64,000 nt of DNA from positions 1 through 64,000 of the forward strand of contig JBIIPZ010000014.1 in NCBI GenBank assembly GCA_044342325.1, in the 5' to 3' direction. Of the stretch, positions 19,264-28,485 are shown in pieces. How positions within the stretch are numbered: position 1 is the first letter of the stretch; the number at the start of each line of letters is the position of its first letter. The translations under genes were made by a program, and so were the position numbers. The notes beneath the pieces were generated by a model, which was not told where the DNA came from, made no database searches, and saw nothing but the letters and a program-made list of their open reading frames with translations. Origin of the DNA: Terrimicrobiaceae bacterium. Its GTDB lineage: Bacteria; Verrucomicrobiota; Verrucomicrobiia; Chthoniobacterales; Terrimicrobiaceae.

Positions 19264-19962
19264 ATGTCGTTCATCATCAAATCTAACGCTTCTTCCGCAT
19301 TTGCCGCACGCGGACTACAGGAGAGGCACGCCCACGACCGGCGCACCGAGCACCGGCCGAACCTGACCTCACGCCATCAAGAATCGCTCGGCGATTCCTG
19401 CGACCTGACGAATTCCGGCAAATCCGCCGCCGCTATTCGTGAAGCGGGGTATTTTCAAGCACGCCTCAACGAATCCCTTTCCTTTCTCCAGACGCAGGAT
19501 TCCGCCCTCGGGCAAATCCAGAATCTGTTTGTGAACGCCCCCGAGCAGCAGGATTTCCTGGATATTTTTGACTCCCTCAGCGGCGAAAAATTCAACGGTT
19601 TCGACCTTTTCACTCACGACGGCGAAGAGCAGCCTCTCTTTGTGCAGGCTTCGGAAATCGCAGATATGGTGTGCATCCACCGGCCGCTCATGAGCGCGGA
19701 AAGCCCTTCAGCCTCGCTGCAAGAAGCCGTTCTCGCCGCCCGCGAGGAAAATCAAAAGGAACAAGCCAAGCTCCGCGAGATCTCGGTTTCCACCGCAAAA
19801 ATCCAGCTCTGCCCCGACATGGCAGCTGAAAAAATTTCAACGGCCCAATCCGCAAAAGAAACCATAGCTCGCTCCCAAAAATATGTCCTCTCGGATGCCG
19901 CCACGGCGCTCTCCGGACAGGCGAACTCGGCCCACGAGGCCGTCTTAAGGCTCTTTGCCTAA
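19264..19962 (+). CDS. Divergent, shortened flagellin-like protein (232 aa)
   Basis: N-term MSFIIKSNASSAFAARGL, SLSFLQTQDSAL, GEKFNGFDLF; C-term VLSDAATALSGQANSAHEAVLRL resembles the flagellin D0 helix. Sigma28 promoter upstream. Confidence 0.75.
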   Translation: MSFIIKSNASSAFAARGLQERHAHDRRTEHRPNLTSRHQESLGDSCDLTNSGKSAAAIREAGYFQARLNESLSFLQTQDSALGQIQNLFVNAPEQQDFLDIFDSLSGEKFNGFDLFTHDGEEQPLFVQASEIADMVCIHRPLMSAESPSASLQEAVLAAREENQKEQAKLREISVSTAKIQLCPDMAAEKISTAQSAKETIARSQKYVLSDAATALSGQANSAHEAVLRLFA

Positions 19963-20033
19963 CAGTTCATGCAGGGCTCTCCCTTTCGCCGTGGCTCCCC
20001 GGCGTATCGGTGCAATTCGCCTGATTTCAAGGG

Positions 20034-20444
20034 GTGAAAAAAGGCGCTCAAAACCCCTCGCTATGGATTGCGATTGGCGGCGCCTTGGGTGCGCTATCGC
20101 GACATGGAGTTGACCTCGCAGCGACTTGTTTGCTCCATCCAAGTGTAGGATTCCCCTGGGGCACATTGACCGTGAATCTAGCCGGCGCGTTCTTTCTCGG
20201 CTGGATTCTGGCGCGAGCTGAAACGGGCGGAGCGGATGCCGAGTGGCTGCGTTGCTTTGCGGGAATCGGCTTCTGCGGAGCGTTCACGACTTTTTCCACG
20301 GTGAATCTCCAGATGCTCGAAATGATGCGCTCAGGCTCGTTGGCGCACGCGGCGATTTATTTTGCCGTCAGTTTTGTTTTAGGCATCGCCGTGGTCTGGG
20401 CCGGCGCAAAGCTCGGTGTGGAAAAGCGGGCTGCCCGGCCATGA
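20034..20444 (+). CDS. crcB: Fluoride efflux channel Fluc/CrcB, subunit 1
   Basis: GGALGALSR, FPWGTLTVNL, GFCGAFTTFST. Confidence 0.93.
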   Translation: MKKGAQNPSLWIAIGGALGALSRHGVDLAATCLLHPSVGFPWGTLTVNLAGAFFLGWILARAETGGADAEWLRCFAGIGFCGAFTTFSTVNLQMLEMMRSGSLAHAAIYFAVSFVLGIAVVWAGAKLGVEKRAARP

Positions 20445-20833
20445 TCGAAATTCTGCTCATTGCCTTGCTGGGTTCCATCGGCGCGCTTGTGCGCTATCAC
20501 CTCGGAGGCTTTGTCCACACAAGCGCAAACCGCGCGCTGGCATCCGAAGCAGATTTTCCTTTCGGGACGCTTTTTGTGAACGCACTTGGTTCGCTTATTC
20601 TGGGCCTGATCGCCGGGCTTTGTTCACAAGAAATGATTCCACAAATTTTCTATGTCGCCATTGGCGTGGGCTTCTGCGGATCACTCACCACATTTTCCAC
20701 GCTGGCGGTCGATCTGCAGCGCTTTCTTCGCGACGGGCGGTTTTCTTTTTTTGCGCTCTACCTTGTCGCCTCGGCTGCGAGCGGTCTCGGTGCCACAACG
20801 CTCGGCTTGGCAGTGGCCCAGATTGTCCGCTAA
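20441..20833 (+). CDS. crcB: Fluoride efflux channel Fluc/CrcB, subunit 2
   Basis: GSIGALVRY, FPFGTLFVN, GFCGSLTTFST; ATGA overlap with the first crcB. Confidence 0.93.
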   Translation: MIEILLIALLGSIGALVRYHLGGFVHTSANRALASEADFPFGTLFVNALGSLILGLIAGLCSQEMIPQIFYVAIGVGFCGSLTTFSTLAVDLQRFLRDGRFSFFALYLVASAASGLGATTLGLAVAQIVR

Positions 20834-20954
20834 AGCCGGTTTTTAGGTGACGCAGGGAGGATAAAATTTGTCGGACGATGGCGCAGATTGCACTTCATTT
20901 TTCGAGCAAATAGCTTGCATTTTTTTTCAAAAAAACCTATCACAGCGGGCTCTT

Positions 20955-21275
20955 ATGCCAAACCTTACCAAAAATAATCTTGTCAAACAAATCAGCGAAA
21001 AAACCGGCCTCACTCAACAGGAGGTTTTCAGCGTGGTTCAATTGACACTCGAAGGAATCACCGAGGGGCTCGCCACGGGAAACAATGTGGAACTTCGCAA
21101 CTTTGGTGTTTTTGAAGTCCGCCTCACCAAAAAACGCATCGGTCGCAATCCTAAAAAGCCACAGGAAACAGTGGAAATTCCTCCGCGCGCCATCGTTAAA
21201 TTCACCTCTGGAAAGATCATGCGTCAGCGCGTGCTCCTTCGCACCGAAGAGTTGCACCAAGCAAAAGCTGCATAA
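20955..21275 (+). CDS. HU/IHF family DNA-binding protein
   Basis: LTKNNLV, VELRNFGVFEVR, RIGRNPK, VEIPPRAIVKF. Confidence 0.95.
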   Translation: MPNLTKNNLVKQISEKTGLTQQEVFSVVQLTLEGITEGLATGNNVELRNFGVFEVRLTKKRIGRNPKKPQETVEIPPRAIVKFTSGKIMRQRVLLRTEELHQAKAA

Positions 21276-21306
21276 TTTGAGCTTCCGCTCACGATAAGCA
21301 TTGAAA

Positions 21307-21334
21307 AGGCCCTCCGAACTGGAGGGCCTATTTT
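21307..21334 (+). terminator. Intrinsic terminator, probably bidirectional
   Basis: AGGCCCTCC-GAACT-GGAGGGCCT followed by ATTTT and preceded by an A-run; lies between convergent genes. Confidence 0.8.
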
Positions 21335-21446
21335 GTTTCATCCCAAATTTGCGCAAAATCCGAATTAGCTGCTTATTACAGCGGATGCCCATTCGAGATA
21401 AACGCCTCGCGCTGATTCGCAGGTGGCAAGTTCTGAGGATTTGATA

Positions 21447-23075
21447 TCAGACGCGACGAATCCAGCTGTAGGGGATGGCTCCATGCGAGAGCATCCAATC
21501 GTTGAATTTCTTCAACGGCCAGCCGACATCCATAACAAAGTGGCGATGAAGTTTTTCGACTTCGAGGCGCCCGAGGAGATAGCTCATCGGAACCGTCGGA
21601 CTGGAGGTATACCAGTTCACATCGGCTGCTGCACGAGCGGCGGTGAAGCCCACGCCGCTTTGGAGCCTCTTGGCGGCCGCCGCATGGCTGAGCGTGCCGT
21701 CGTGCAAGCCGCAATCGATCACGATGCGGTGCGCGCGCCAAAGGGCATCGTGGAGCTGGATCAGCTCGGCACCAGGGATATCCACAAGACCATGCTCCAC
21801 GGCGAGTTTCTCGCACCACATCGTCCAGCCTTCGTAGAAAATGGAGTGCGCGAAAAGGCGGCGCAGGCGGCTGGCGTGCTGGAACTGAACGACAAATTGC
21901 AGGTGATGCCCGGGATAGGCTTCGTGAACCGTGGTGAGTTCCAAGCCATGGTGCTGACGGATTTCAGCGAGTTTTTTTTCCGGATTCTCTTGGTCCAGAC
22001 TCAGATCGTTCACCCAGAAGATGCCGGTTTGGTCGCGTGAAAACGGCTCCGGCGCGCTGTAGGCGGCGGTCGGAAATTGGTGCTTCAGAAAAGGTGGCAC
22101 AGAAAGAACCTTCAGGGTGTCGCCCTTTGGAACTGTGACGAGGCCGAGCTTCCCGAGGCGGGCTTTGATGTCTGCTGTGGCTTGGCGGTAAATATCGAGC
22201 AGCGGAAGCTCGGGGGTCCATCCGGCAGCGGCGCGGTCAATGATCTCGCGGGCGGTTTTTCGCCCGTGACGGCGGGCGGCGCGCTCGAGAAGGAATTCGT
22301 GGCGCTGGATTTGATACTCCCCGAGGGCGCGGGCCTCGGGAAGCGAGAGGTCGAGACCGAGTTGCTCGCGGATTAGAAATTCGAACCGCTCCCGCCCGAT
22401 GGAAAAGCCCCCTTTCGGCCCGGTCTTTTTCTGGGCGATGCCAGCGGCGTATTCTTCGAACGCCTTGGCGGCGGCTTTCAGAGTCGAAGCGAGGGCCTTG
22501 GGTTTGGTGGAAAGGCCGCACAACTCCTGCTCCAAACCGTGCAGAAATTCCACTGCTCCAGCGCAGGATTGGACCCCGAGCGAGGTCCAAAGCGGATCGG
22601 GTAATTCCACACATTCCAAACCGGCCCGCAGGTAGGCGGGGATTTTTTTCAACCGGGATTCGATGGCAGGGAGGGCTTGGCTTAATTTGCCGGAGTTCCT
22701 CACGACGAGTTCGAAAATCGCATCGATCGCGGAGTTCGAGTGCGTCTGGGGATTTGTGCGCCAGCGGAGGAGATCGCGTTCGGAAAGCAAATCCGTGCGA
22801 AGTCTCGCCAGAAGCCCCCGCCGGTCGAGCCAGTCGTCGCCATAAAAAGCTGCTTCGGGCAAGGCCTCCGCCGCAGCAAGTGTCCGCTCAAGAAGGGCGA
22901 TATGTTTTCGGTGAGTCTCTGGCGTGTTACGGCTCAACAGGGAATCATACTCGTGAAACCCAAGCTTGCTGGCCTGCTCGGGAAAAAGTTCGCAGGATTC
23001 CTCAAGCCACTTTTTGGCGAGGGATGCGAAGCTGGCGCGGATTTTAGTCTCGGTGGGGTCTGCTTTTTGGGGCAT
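21447..23075 (-). CDS. DUF885 family protein
   Basis: HEAYPGHHLQ, FYEGW, LWRAHRIVIDCGLH, SYLLG. Confidence 0.9.
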   Translation of the reverse strand: MPQKADPTETKIRASFASLAKKWLEESCELFPEQASKLGFHEYDSLLSRNTPETHRKHIALLERTLAAAEALPEAAFYGDDWLDRRGLLARLRTDLLSERDLLRWRTNPQTHSNSAIDAIFELVVRNSGKLSQALPAIESRLKKIPAYLRAGLECVELPDPLWTSLGVQSCAGAVEFLHGLEQELCGLSTKPKALASTLKAAAKAFEEYAAGIAQKKTGPKGGFSIGRERFEFLIREQLGLDLSLPEARALGEYQIQRHEFLLERAARRHGRKTAREIIDRAAAGWTPELPLLDIYRQATADIKARLGKLGLVTVPKGDTLKVLSVPPFLKHQFPTAAYSAPEPFSRDQTGIFWVNDLSLDQENPEKKLAEIRQHHGLELTTVHEAYPGHHLQFVVQFQHASRLRRLFAHSIFYEGWTMWCEKLAVEHGLVDIPGAELIQLHDALWRAHRIVIDCGLHDGTLSHAAAAKRLQSGVGFTAARAAADVNWYTSSPTVPMSYLLGRLEVEKLHRHFVMDVGWPLKKFNDWMLSHGAIPYSWIRRV

Positions 23076-23080
23076 GGCTT

Positions 23081-24442
23081 TCAGTCGGATTTACGGTTTG
23101 AAAAGTAGCGCTTGGATTCTGCCGCGATCACACCGCTCAACAAGAGCAGTGCAACGAGGTTAGGAATCGCCATGAGGCCGTTCATTATGTCCGAGAAATT
23201 CCACACGGCGTCACTTTTCCAGACACAGCCTACGAAAACGGCCGCGACCCACAGCCAGCGGTAGGGCATAATGGCTTTCACTCCGGCGAGGTATTCCACC
23301 GCCTTCTCGCCATAGTAGGACCAGCCGAGAATTGTTGAGAAAACAAAGGTCAACAGACCGCCAACAAGAATGATGTCGCCCAATATTCCGACCTTGTGGA
23401 AAGCAGCATCGCACAGGGTGGCTTTGGTAAGACCGCCGGTCTGCCAATCTCCGGAAGAAACAATGACGAGGCCGGTGAGAGCGCAGACGACGACTGTGTC
23501 CCAGAATGTGCCGGTGCTGGAGACGAGTGCCTGTCGCACGGGATCGCGGGTGCGCGCGGCGGCGGCGACGATCGGCGCGCTGCCGAGTCCGGATTCGTTC
23601 GAGAAAAGCCCACGGGCTATTCCATAGCGCATGGCCTCGGCGATGCCCGCACCGACGAATCCTCCCACAGCCGCCTGGCCAGTGAACGCGCTCGTGACGA
23701 TGAGATGCAGCGCGCCGCCGAGCTTGTCCCAGTTCAAGCCGAGCATGATCAGGCACCCGAGAATGTAAAATCCCGCCATGAACGGGACGAGAATTGTGCA
23801 GAAATTTGAAATCGAACTAATGCCGCCAAGGATGACGGCGGCTGTAATGGCGGTAAGCAAAATGCCGACGCCTATTTTCAAATTCATGTCCGAAACCGCA
23901 AACGGGAGAAGTTCCTTTTTGGCGACGATCATGTCCGCAATGGCGTTTGATTGAACCATGTTGCCGATGCCGAACGCAGCGATGGCCGTGAAGATCGCAA
24001 ACAAAACCCCCGCCCAGCGTGCATTGAGGCCTTTTTCCAACACATACATTGGGCCGCCGGACATCTGACCGCGATCGTTGGTGACACGGTATTTCACCGC
24101 GAGCAAGGCCTCCGCATACTTGGTGGCGATACCAAAAACGCCCGTAAGCCACATCCAAAGCACCGCGCCAGGCCCACCCATAAGCACCGCCCCCGCCACG
24201 CCGTAGATGTTCCCCGTGCCAATCGTCGCCGCCAGCGCAGTGACCAGCGCGCCAAATTGGCTGATATCCCCCGGCGAGCCCGCATCCTTCGTCACAGACA
24301 ACTTGATGGCATGGCCGAGATGTCGCTGCATGAATCCCGTGCGGATAGTCAGGAAAAGATGTGTGCCAAAGAGAAGAGCGATGAGCCATGGCCCCCAGAC
24401 CAATGATGCCACCTGTTCCGTGAGTTTGTTGAGAGTCTCCAT
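23081..24442 (-). CDS. Sodium:alanine/glycine symporter (AgcS/AlsT family)
   Basis: ATIGTGNI, GGPGAVLWMW, GGPMY, RGLFSNESGLGSAP. Start 24442 or 24451. Confidence 0.95.
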   Translation of the reverse strand: METLNKLTEQVASLVWGPWLIALLFGTHLFLTIRTGFMQRHLGHAIKLSVTKDAGSPGDISQFGALVTALAATIGTGNIYGVAGAVLMGGPGAVLWMWLTGVFGIATKYAEALLAVKYRVTNDRGQMSGGPMYVLEKGLNARWAGVLFAIFTAIAAFGIGNMVQSNAIADMIVAKKELLPFAVSDMNLKIGVGILLTAITAAVILGGISSISNFCTILVPFMAGFYILGCLIMLGLNWDKLGGALHLIVTSAFTGQAAVGGFVGAGIAEAMRYGIARGLFSNESGLGSAPIVAAAARTRDPVRQALVSSTGTFWDTVVVCALTGLVIVSSGDWQTGGLTKATLCDAAFHKVGILGDIILVGGLLTFVFSTILGWSYYGEKAVEYLAGVKAIMPYRWLWVAAVFVGCVWKSDAVWNFSDIMNGLMAIPNLVALLLLSGVIAAESKRYFSNRKSD

Positions 24443-24599
24443 GGGCGCCATGAAAATCCCACAACTCACACGCTGCAAGGAATCAAATCCCTCATGGCTC
24501 CGAAATACTGACGTCCCTGCCGACAATTTGTCCTTAGAAAAAATCCGGTTGAGACAAAGGCGTGCTTGAAGACAAAAAAGGCAAAGCTATTTTTTAAGT

Positions 24600-24797
24600 A
24601 TGTCCACAGTTCAAGAAATCGAGACGGCAGCCGACCTTCTGCCTATTGAACAAAAAGAGGGGCTTTTGCGTTTCCTTGCAATCAGGTTGCGAAAAGACCG
24701 CGCACAAGCGCAACCTCGCCTTTACTCCCAAGAGGAACTTTCTTCCATGCTCGCCGAGGACGAAGCCGACGGTGAACGTTTTCGGAAAGGCCTTTGA
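24600..24797 (+). CDS. Putative antitoxin (small addiction-module protein)
   Basis: MSTVQEIETAADLLP-type small helical protein; TTGA overlap with the PIN gene. Confidence 0.7.
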   Translation: MSTVQEIETAADLLPIEQKEGLLRFLAIRLRKDRAQAQPRLYSQEELSSMLAEDEADGERFRKGL

Positions 24798-25216
24798 GAA
24801 TCTTTGTCGACAGCTGCGTGGCTCTCGCCGCCTGCCTCTCTAAAACAGGGGCATCGCGACTGATCTTCGAACTGGCAGCCGCGCAGGGATGGGAGTTAGT
24901 TATTTCCCAGTGGGTGCTCCGGGAGATGCGCGAGAATCTGGCGGATTTGCCTCTTTCCGCAACCCGCGTCTGGCTTGACCTCAGAAACCAACTCGTGGTC
25001 GAGGATGACGAACTGTCTTTTGATTGGCCTCTTCTTTTCCATGTCACCAAGGACAAACCAGTCCTTTGCACCGCGCTCGCGTGCGCCGATGTGCTTCTTA
25101 CGCTCGATCGCAGAGATTTTGGCTCCCTCCTTGACCAGTCGGTCTACGATCTCCGCGTGCTCACCCCTGGAACGTTTCTCCATGCAGAAAGACAAGCGGG
25201 GCGCCTGCAAGAATGA
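24794..25216 (+). CDS. PIN-domain (VapC-like) putative toxin
   Basis: MRIFVDS, E in VLRE, KDKPVL, LLTLDRRDF acidic PIN residues. Confidence 0.85.
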   Translation: MRIFVDSCVALAACLSKTGASRLIFELAAAQGWELVISQWVLREMRENLADLPLSATRVWLDLRNQLVVEDDELSFDWPLLFHVTKDKPVLCTALACADVLLTLDRRDFGSLLDQSVYDLRVLTPGTFLHAERQAGRLQE

Positions 25217-25224
25217 AGAGAAAT

Positions 25225-26289
25225 TCAGTGTCCGTGCAGCGTATTTAAAAGTGCCAGCGTCTCGGCTGCATTGCGCTCGATGGAAAAAGCCTCGGCAAGC
25301 CTGAGGCAGGCTGGACGCGCCTCGGCTCGGCGGTGCGCATCGCGCCAAGACTCAATCGCTTCGGCCAGCGCGAGGGCATCCCCCGGTGGGACGATGCTGC
25401 CATGGATGCCGGGGGTGAGAATTTCGGAAAAGCCGTTCGCCGTGGTGGTGATCACCGGCAGCCCGGCAGCGAGGGCCTCGAGGCATGCGTTCGAGAAGGG
25501 ATCATACCAAGTCGGTAGCGTCAGGACATCCGCTGCCGCAAAGAGTGCGGCGATATCCGAAACGGGGCCTAGAAAGCGGGCGTTTGTGCCGCGATAAAAA
25601 TCCGCCGGTCCACGACCCGCCACGAGTAGCGTGGCGTTATCGACCATTTCCATCGCTTTGATGGCGGTTGAAAGGCCTTTCCGTTCCCAGCCGGTGCCAA
25701 GGAAAAGAATACAGAAGGTGTCGGGTTCGATGCCGAAACGGCGGCGCGCTTCATCTCGCGGCGGAAGGCTGGCGAAGGGCTGAATGCCATTGTAAACGAC
25801 ACGCACGCGATCTTGCGGGAAGGAAAAGCGCGAAAGGATTTCATCGCGGATCATCTGCGAGTTCGCAATGACGAGGCGGGTGTTTGCGGGATCGAAAACA
25901 CGACGCTCCAGTTCCAAAATCTCGCCGTGCTTGCGATTCAGCCAGCGGGTAGCCTTTTTCCAAAAAGGCTCGAACGCGTCGCGACGCGCAAGCCAGGCTG
26001 CGTGCACGCCATCGCCCGCCCGGTAGACGTCGCAACCGGGAACGCGCTCCATGCTGAAATGGATATCGCAGCCCGTGCGGGCACTTCGAAAAGCGGCGGC
26101 GAATTCGCGGGGCGATTTACCGCTTAGGCGTTGGATATCTCCAAACGGCCAGCGTTCGGCGGGCCAATCGGAGGTGGTGATGAGCGTGGTCTCCTCGCCC
26201 CGGCGGCGGAGCTCGGAGGCGAGTCGGATGAGGTAGGCTTCTGCTCCTCCAGTGCTCGAGTGCCCGCGGCGAACGAAGCCGATTTTCAT
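25225..26289 (-). CDS. Glycosyltransferase family 4 (WaaG/RfaG-like)
   Basis: GGAE, RKG, YDPFSNACLEALAAGLPVI. Confidence 0.9.
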   Translation of the reverse strand: MKIGFVRRGHSSTGGAEAYLIRLASELRRRGEETTLITTSDWPAERWPFGDIQRLSGKSPREFAAAFRSARTGCDIHFSMERVPGCDVYRAGDGVHAAWLARRDAFEPFWKKATRWLNRKHGEILELERRVFDPANTRLVIANSQMIRDEILSRFSFPQDRVRVVYNGIQPFASLPPRDEARRRFGIEPDTFCILFLGTGWERKGLSTAIKAMEMVDNATLLVAGRGPADFYRGTNARFLGPVSDIAALFAAADVLTLPTWYDPFSNACLEALAAGLPVITTTANGFSEILTPGIHGSIVPPGDALALAEAIESWRDAHRRAEARPACLRLAEAFSIERNAAETLALLNTLHGH

Positions 26290-27305
26290 CAGCCGCGTGT
26301 GCTTGAATGCTCGCTCTCCGGCTTCGGTGGACGCCCGAGCAGGCAGGACATGGATTCACGCGGCGGCTTGCCCTCGTGGAGAACGGCGTAAACCTCGGCC
26401 GTGATCGGGGCGTCGATGCCGAGCCGCTTCGCACACTCGGACGCGCTCAACGCCGTCGGCACGCCTTCGGCTACAGTTTTGAGCGATGCTATGATCTCGG
26501 CCGGCTTTTCCCCGCGCCCGAGCCGCTCGCCGAACTGGCGGTTCCTGCTTTGTTTGCTGAAGCAGGTGACCATGAGATCGCCCGCTCCGCTGAGGCCGAA
26601 GAAAGTTTCGCGGCGACCACCCATGGCGATGCCAAGGCGGGTCATCTCGGCAAGCGAGCGGGTCACAAGCGCCGCCTTGGCGTTGTCGCCCATGCCAAAG
26701 CCGTCGCACACGCCGGCGGCAATGGCGTAAATGTTTTTCAACGCGCCGCCGAGTTGGATGCCAGTGATGTCATCACTCGTATAAGCGCGGAATGCCTTGG
26801 ACGAAAAAACACGCTGCAGTGGCTCCAGTAAATCGGCGTGCGCGGATCCGATCACGCTGGCTGCGGGAATTTGGCGGGCGATTTCCGGAGCGAGGTTCGG
26901 GCCGGAGAGCACTGCCAAGCGGCATTGGGGAAGGAATTCTCCGAGAACCTGGCTCATGAGAAGACCGGTTCCGGATTCAATGCCCTTCGTGCAGGAAACA
27001 ACCGCTGTGCCCGCTGGCAGATTCAAGGCCGCGAGGGACTGGGCGGTTTCCCTCATCACTTTTGAAGGAACGACAACCACGATGAGATCGGAGCCGGCGA
27101 GGGCATCCAGTTGCGATGTGGCGTGGATGTTTTCCGGGAGGTTGATACCAGGCAGGTAGTGGGAGTTCGCGTGACGGGCGTTGATTTCCTCTGCCACGGC
27201 GGGGTTGTGCGCCCAGATCGTCACAGGCATGCCGTGCTCGGAGATGAGGAGCGCGAGTGCCGTGCCCCAGCTGCCGCCGCCGATGATGCTGATTTTTTTA
27301 AACAT
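26289..27305 (-). CDS. gpsA: NAD(P)H-dependent glycerol-3-phosphate dehydrogenase
   Basis: GGGSWGTAL, KGIE, LSGPN, GALKN, GDLMVTC..SRN. Confidence 0.97.
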   Translation of the reverse strand: MFKKISIIGGGSWGTALALLISEHGMPVTIWAHNPAVAEEINARHANSHYLPGINLPENIHATSQLDALAGSDLIVVVVPSKVMRETAQSLAALNLPAGTAVVSCTKGIESGTGLLMSQVLGEFLPQCRLAVLSGPNLAPEIARQIPAASVIGSAHADLLEPLQRVFSSKAFRAYTSDDITGIQLGGALKNIYAIAAGVCDGFGMGDNAKAALVTRSLAEMTRLGIAMGGRRETFFGLSGAGDLMVTCFSKQSRNRQFGERLGRGEKPAEIIASLKTVAEGVPTALSASECAKRLGIDAPITAEVYAVLHEGKPPRESMSCLLGRPPKPESEHSSTRG

Positions 27306-27308
27306 GGT

Positions 27309-27959
27309 TCAGGCGGAGGGGCGGGGTTTCTTTTCGAACCGCTTTTCCGTTCCAGACAGGAGGCGTGAGATATTCGATTTGTGGCGCCAGATAGCGAGCA
27401 GGCACATGATGCCGGCGATGCTCGTGCGCAAAGCATCTCCCTGCCCAAGCGCCCACATGGCGGCAGCTCCCGTGGGCAGCGCGACGGCGGCTCCAAGCGA
27501 CGCGACCGAGACATAGCGCGTCGTGTAGAAAAGTGTAAGCCACACAAAAAGTCCAAAGGCGAAAACCGGCGGGGGAAACAGCGCCAGCATGATGCCAGCG
27601 GCCGTGGCAATGCCCTTTCCGCCTTGGAACCGCAGCCAGATCGGATAGGTGTGCCCGACCATCGCAAAGATGGCTCCCACGACGCCGGCAGTGCTCACCA
27701 CGGATTGCGGCGCCCCATACGCTTTCAAGGCGATCAGGAACCCAACCATCACAGCGAGCCAGCCTTTCAAGGCATCCAGCGCAAACACGGTGTAGCCCCA
27801 CTTTTTTCCAAGGATGCGCAACGCATTTGTCGCGCCGGTGCTGCCGCTGCCTTGCGTGCGCAGATCGATGCCTTGCATCCGCCCGGCAAGGAATCCCCAT
27901 GGAATCGATCCAAGCAGATAGGCTTGAAGGGCGGCGATGAGGTAAAGAGTCACGCGCAA
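27309..27959 (-). CDS. plsY: Glycerol-3-phosphate acyltransferase PlsY
   Basis: YLLGSIP, GSGSTGATN, DALKG, GH, GGKGIAT, HKSNI. Confidence 0.95.
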   Translation of the reverse strand: MRVTLYLIAALQAYLLGSIPWGFLAGRMQGIDLRTQGSGSTGATNALRILGKKWGYTVFALDALKGWLAVMVGFLIALKAYGAPQSVVSTAGVVGAIFAMVGHTYPIWLRFQGGKGIATAAGIMLALFPPPVFAFGLFVWLTLFYTTRYVSVASLGAAVALPTGAAAMWALGQGDALRTSIAGIMCLLAIWRHKSNISRLLSGTEKRFEKKPRPSA

Positions 27960-28101
27960 AGGTAATCCCCGTTGCCGCCCTCCGTCTCAAGAAAAATCCT
28001 GCGACCGCCCGGACTCTGGCCTTTTCGGAAAAGGCTCGGGGTTTCGACAGGAATGTGCCAATTTGCTAGCCGGATCGAACTCGCATCCCCACTGGATATT
28101 C

Positions 28102-28485
28102 ATGCAACAGGTCAAAGACACACTCCGCGCCACCGTGCGTATCGGCTACGATGGCAAGGTCTATAAACAATTTCGCGGGCCCAAGGCCGATGAGCGATTT
28201 GCGAATGAAGTCAAAGTGCTTCGCTACCTCGAAAAGCGCGCCTGCCCGTTTGTTCCACGGCTCGTGGAAAGCGATGCCGAAGAGCTGAGAATAGTAACGA
28301 CCAATTGCGGCACGCGCGTTGACCATCTGGACGACACCCGCTGCCGCGAGTTGTTCGCCGAACTCGAACCCTACGGCGTGCGTCACGACGACGCCGACAT
28401 ACGGAATGTCACCTACCGCCAGTCCGACGGAAGATTTTGCCTCATCGATTTCGAGTTCGCTACAATCTTGGAGCCTGAGGAATGA
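28102..28485 (+). CDS. Minimal protein-kinase-like protein (127 aa)
   Basis: VYK (beta-3 Lys), NE (helix C), HDDADIRN catalytic loop, LIDFEFA (DFG-like). ATGA-coupled to the PP2C gene. Confidence 0.75.
   Translation: MQQVKDTLRATVRIGYDGKVYKQFRGPKADERFANEVKVLRYLEKRACPFVPRLVESDAEELRIVTTNCGTRVDHLDDTRCRELFAELEPYGVRHDDADIRNVTYRQSDGRFCLIDFEFATILEPEE

Noticed and set aside
19963..20033. Fluoride riboswitch upstream of the crcB pair
   Set aside because: No GGCGATGGxGTTCGCC-like core is visible.
24452..24599. Glycine riboswitch upstream of the alanine/glycine symporter
   Set aside because: No GGAGA..GAAGG..CTCTCAGG aptamer pattern on the minus strand.
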